64,000 nucleotides of DNA, from contig QPGO01000291.1 in the NCBI GenBank assembly GCA_008632985.1, positions 1 to 64,000 on the forward strand, given 5' to 3'. The DNA is from Psammoneis japonica (taxonomy: Eukaryota). Of this stretch, positions 59,701 to 64,000 are shown one piece after another. The notes beneath the pieces are model-generated. The model did not search any database and was not told the DNA's origin. It worked only from the letters and a program-made list of their open reading frames with translations. How positions within the stretch are numbered: position 1 is the first letter of the stretch; each line of letters starts with the position of its first letter. A program made the translations under genes and the position numbers.

Positions 59701-60500
59701 TCTCACTGCCCAGACCATCTCTGGGCTGGTGGAGTCTCGCTGGTTCTTGAATCTTGACAGGTGACAACAACAGACTCATTTTCTTGTTGTTTCACTTGCA
59801 GCACATTCTTGAGCAACTTTGTCAGCATGTGGAACAGACAACGACCCCTGGCAGTGTTGAATGTCAGGGAATGCATTGGTTTCAACAATTTGATTGGGTC
59901 ATCCCTGATCTTTTTGCAGCTTGGATCACCCAGAACCCTGGTCCTCACATGGTTTGCACAGCAGCAGTCATCCAGGATTAAGGTGAATGCCTTTGATTTG
60001 TTCTCCTTGAAGTGCTTCAGTTTTGTGCAAAAATTCTTGCACATGGATTGGCACTTGCATTCCAACTGCTTGTTGTTGTGCTCCTTCTGTCTCACATCAT
60101 CATCACATGCACTTGAGTCTTTCTTGAGTTCAATTGCCAACTGTTTGAGTTTTGGCTTTTTTCTTCTTGAAGTCAAGGTGCTTCACATCCTCCAAGGACC
60201 TTGCTGTGCATTTGCCCTGCTTGAAATCCTTCTCTGTGTGTCTGCAGAGCTTCCTCTTGATGTCTTCATTTGTTGCACTGTGTGTGTTGCTGTTCAGGGT
60301 TGAAGGGTGGAACTTCATCTTGGGTTGAAAGGACTTCTTTTTCTTGGTGTGGCTTTCATTACCTCTGCCACCACCATGACCCTTGTGTTGGTCACGGCCT
60401 CTTCCATGCCTTCCAGGTCCTCTGCCACACATGGTGCAGAAATCAATGATCATGTGGTCTTCTGATGAGATGGCAAGCACTCAGCATGTGCAAATGTGAC
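56760..60500 (-). mobile_element. Ty1/Copia relic: gag (GR-rich N-terminus, CHCCGKEDH knuckle), integrase and start of RT; most of RT missing
   Basis: DHAPEVEHSIETIKER integrase motif and SLKAFRQEGHDAFKKEMKQLH...SER...MFL RT lead-in. Order gag-IN-RT is Copia-type. Confidence 0.75.
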
Positions 60501-63280
60501 TCTTTGGAGTGAGTGTTGAACCAATGAGTCAATGTCACCAAAAGGGAATCCTGCGAGGCTTCCTGCGCCACTCGTTGCACTTTCCCTGGTCTCTGTGTTT
60601 GCCATGGTTTGCCTCACATCTAATGCAGAATGTGTGCCAATGGATTGTTGGATGTCAACAGACACCACTTGTTGCTCTCAACAGTTTGGATGACAATCCA
60701 ATGACAATCCAAATGATTCACTCCAAAGAGTGAGCATAAAAAGTTGGTGAGATTGAGATTGATGACAGAGAAAATCCTCCAAAGAACAGTCATCAGCCCA
60801 CCACATCAGGATTCAAAAGATGCAACTTCATTTCCAGGTCACTCTGTGCCCTCAAGCTAGATGCTCTGACATCAAGTGCCCTGACAAGTTCCTTCAAATC
60901 AATCAAAACAGTGGGTGCAGGTCAAGCACTGGATGCATGCTTTGGAAAATGTGGTGCACCAGAGAATTCACTCCAATTGCAAAAGGGATGTTTCATTTGT
61001 GGATCAAAGTGTGTGGGCAATTAACTCCAATCACAATCACCACCTTTGTGCAGTGTGGTTGAAGAGCAAGTTGAATTTTGCAATCCAACATTTGACAAGG
61101 CAAATGAGGACACAAATCATCAATGTCTGCCAAAGCTCATGCCTTGAGCACAGAGCTTTCTTGTCAAGTGATGCAACTGTGGAACATTGGAAGGGTCAAC
61201 AGCAGTTGCCAGCAGAACAAGCTTGTTGACAAGAGAATGTGACTCTGGAACAATGCACAAACATCATCCTTGGATTGAGCATGTTTTGGGTCATCAAAGA
61301 ACTGATCCAGATCAAATGTTGCATGGCCACAAGTGTCGTTGTGTTGGTGAACAGTGCATCATTGAAACACAAGCTGCATCTTGGCAAGGGCATCAAAGAT
61401 GCTCTTTGCTGTCTTGGGGTTCACCACAGTTGAAGTGCTCAATGTTTTTGGTCATGAACACACGGAAGTGTGGCACACTTCAGTGGGAAATTGTGCACAA
61501 ATGACAACACTTTCAGGATAAAAAAATGCAATGGACTTGCTCAGCTCACAAAACCCAAGTGAATCAAGGGAGGAGTTGAGGCACAGCAGATGCGTGTGCT
61601 GCAACAAGGCCACAACCTGATGGAATGGCAACAGCAAGAGTGTCAAGTGCAGGGAACCTCTCTGCAAACCAGTGACAGAGACAACACATGCACCAGCAAG
61701 AGCAAGTGACAAACAGATCTCAGAGAGACATGTGCTCATCTGTCTGAGCCTGATGCCTGACCATCATCTGCCCAAAGTCCAGCCACACACACCAGGGCAG
61801 ATCAACTGACACTTGTGGCAAGTTCTGGACAAATCCAAAGAAAACTAAAGAAAACCCTGCATCTTGCCAGTGCCTTCAGAGAAATGAAACAGACAATTCT
61901 TTTTTAATGATGACATGGATTTTGCTGCATTTTCACAAATGTTGCATTTAAATTTGTTTGTTCTCAACAGATTGGGGGGAGTGGAAACCTTTGCACAGAA
62001 AGCCAAGACTCTTTGCAGTGCCAAGTGTTGGGCAGACTTGCTTGGGTTGGCAAGCACAGCACCAGAGAGAGGCAAACTGGAGGATGATGAGGAGGAGCAA
62101 AAGGAAATGAGAGTCAACTTAAGAGCATGGAGCATTCATCATGGAAATCTGCAATCTGCCACTTTTGGAAAGTCCAGGAACAACCAGCAAACCAGGTTGC
62201 TCTTGTCTCCAAACATTTGAGTGACTGCTTGGGTTGCTGATTGCAGAGGCACCCAGACAAATTCTTTCCACAAAGAGATGTTCACGTGGCTTGGGATCCT
62301 CTTCTTCACCTCTGAACATCAAGACGACCAATGAGAGCCAAGGGGTTGCTCCCTGGTGAGGTGTTGACATTGCACTTCCAAGGAAGGGAGTGTTCTTCAA
62401 TGCCGCAGCCCCAAAATCTCAGTTGCAACAGGGCTCAGCTGCCCTTGAAAGGCAGTGTGTGTGGGTTGACTGCTGCCGCTGCAACTGCTGCTGCCACTGT
62501 CATTGTGAATGCCACCATCACAACTGCTTGCCATTGCAGCTGCTGTTGTTGTTGCAGCTGCTGCTGTTTTGACCACTGACATTGTGCAGCTGCTGCTGCA
62601 GTTTGCAGCTGGCACACACACCATTGCAACAGCTGCTGTCATTTTCACTGCTGCACTGTGGCTTCTGCCATTGCAACCACTGCCATTGCAGCTGCCATTT
62701 TTGTGACTGCCGCCATTGCGACTGCTGTCATTGCGACCACTCTTGCAAAGAGATGGCACTCAGTGGAGCAGGGATTGCAAAGGCAGTCAATCACAGCCAA
62801 CTGCTTCTGTTGCAAGGACTGCCATTTCTGCTGCTGCTGCTGCTGTTGTGACCACTCCTGCCATTGTTGTGACCACTCCTGCCATTGTGACTGCTGCCAT
62901 TGCAGCTGCCACTGCTCAGATTGCTGCTGCTGAAGCTTGGCTGTGCTTTTGCTTTTTGCATCAATTGGTGGCAAAATTCTCTCCACATCTTGCTCATTCT
63001 TGAAATCCCATTTTGCCTGCCTGCACCCTTCCTCTGTGTCTGGCACCCTCACGCAAGTGCTCCTTTGCTTGTTTGCTGTGGCACTCAATTCTGCCACCCT
63101 CTCCTTGAGCATGGCAAGCCTCCTGCCTGGGGCATCCAAAAGGTGGGCGCATTTTGCTTTCGTGCCAACTCTTCTTCTTTAGCATCACACTTAGCCCCAA
63201 ACAGGGCTTCTTGTCCTTTGGCATGGGTGACTCTTCTGTCAGAGCCCTTTCCACTGCCAACGCTGCCGGTTCCGCCACGG
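60500..63280. repeat. Unclassified TA/CG-depleted relic DNA including low-complexity (GCT/GCC/ATT) repeats at 62470-62935
   Basis: Composition and tandem motifs such as tgccattg and gaccactcctgccattg. No protein family recognised. Confidence 0.5.
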
Positions 63281-63696
63281 TGATTGGTGCTTCACATCCG
63301 GCCTACTTTGGCGTGTTGGAGTCGAGTTAATCAAATGACGGCTGGCGACGGGCGGAGCGCGGTGCCGTCCGGCCGGTAATACAAAGTAAGGTTTTAGCGA
63401 TAAAACACAGAGCCTGAGAAGGGTAGTCGAACTCATTGTTGCTTGTTCGAAGTTGGCTAGAGACGCTTTGGAGCCCATTCACTCGCTAAATTGTACGTTC
63501 CATCTTCTGATTCTCGCGGGTCAACTACTTACCTGGGTCAAACTGATGCAGGAGTGCGTCGCGCTGTTTTTTCCTCGATGTTCGAGAATTTCTGAATCGT
63601 GTTTTCGTCTCGTTGATTTGTTCCGCAACAAAAGCTCTCTCACTCTGCATCTGTTCATATCAGCATATAGATTGAATACAAGTTTTCATTGCAATC

Positions 63697-64000
63697 ATGC
63701 CTCTTTCTATTCCACTAGAATTGAAAAAGATCACTCCCTTTGTGAAACGAGCCGAAGAGTTGGATCGTGACAAGGCCAATCCCGAGTCCCGTCTCGTTGC
63801 CTATTATTGTCGTCAATACGCGGTCCATGTCGGAATTCCCCTGGCCTCGTCGTCGCCGGCTGGAAAGACGTGTTTAGGAACTCTCTTGGGAGAATTGGAA
63901 AAAGAAAAGGAGGCCATGAGCAATTTTACCCGTGACGAATCCAAGTATTTGTGCCGTACCTTTGCCGACAAGGTGTTTGACAAGGCGGACGCGGAGGACC
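63697..64000 (+). CDS. VTA1: Vacuolar protein sorting-associated protein VTA1 (N-terminal MIT domains), runs off the window
   Basis: MPLSIPLELKKITPFVKRAEELDRDK...VAYYCRQYAV..GI...LLGELEKEK...FADKVFDKADAED matches the Vta1 N-terminal pattern. Confidence 0.9.
   Translation, partial: MPLSIPLELKKITPFVKRAEELDRDKANPESRLVAYYCRQYAVHVGIPLASSSPAGKTCLGTLLGELEKEKEAMSNFTRDESKYLCRTFADKVFDKADAED

Noticed and set aside
43230..63280. Dense overlapping six-frame ORFs rich in Cys, His, Met and Gln, suggesting many small genes
   Set aside because: TA depletion removes TAA/TAG stops on both strands and TG/CA excess creates these codons. The recognisable parts are TE or pseudogene fragments.

Overview
Eukaryotic nuclear DNA from a photosynthetic stramenopile, most likely a diatom (GT-AG introns, fucoxanthin-chlorophyll LHC gene with a plastid AFAP presequence, diatom-type Copia and Gypsy elements). 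Ordinary host genes (LHC, alpha/beta hydrolase, PDHX-like, APP1, a possible PD-(D/E)XK protein, a large secreted Pro/Thr- and Lys-rich protein, VTA1, plus an ABCG pseudogene) alternate with blocks of mobile or foreign DNA. These blocks hold three related Ty3/Gypsy elements with 4-bp TSDs, a Helitron (HUH Rep + PIF1 helicase) split by one of them, a long-TIR MITE, Copia relics and a decayed bacterial dctQ-dctM TRAP operon. The main observation is that the mobile/foreign DNA carries a dense, two-stranded TpA->TpG/CpA (A:T->G:C) hypermutation, apparently favouring 5'-TAY-3'. It arose after insertion: paired LTRs show TG in one copy and CA in the other at ancestral TA sites. It turns conserved Tyr codons into Cys/His (RT YVDD -> CVDD/HVDD) while leaving ORFs open, and it spares host genes. 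This looks like a genome-defence mutator of opposite polarity to fungal RIP. The responsible enzyme is not identifiable in this window, and novelty needs a literature check. Most short six-frame ORFs in the repeat blocks are artefacts of TA depletion. All family assignments come from motif recognition by eye, not database searches.
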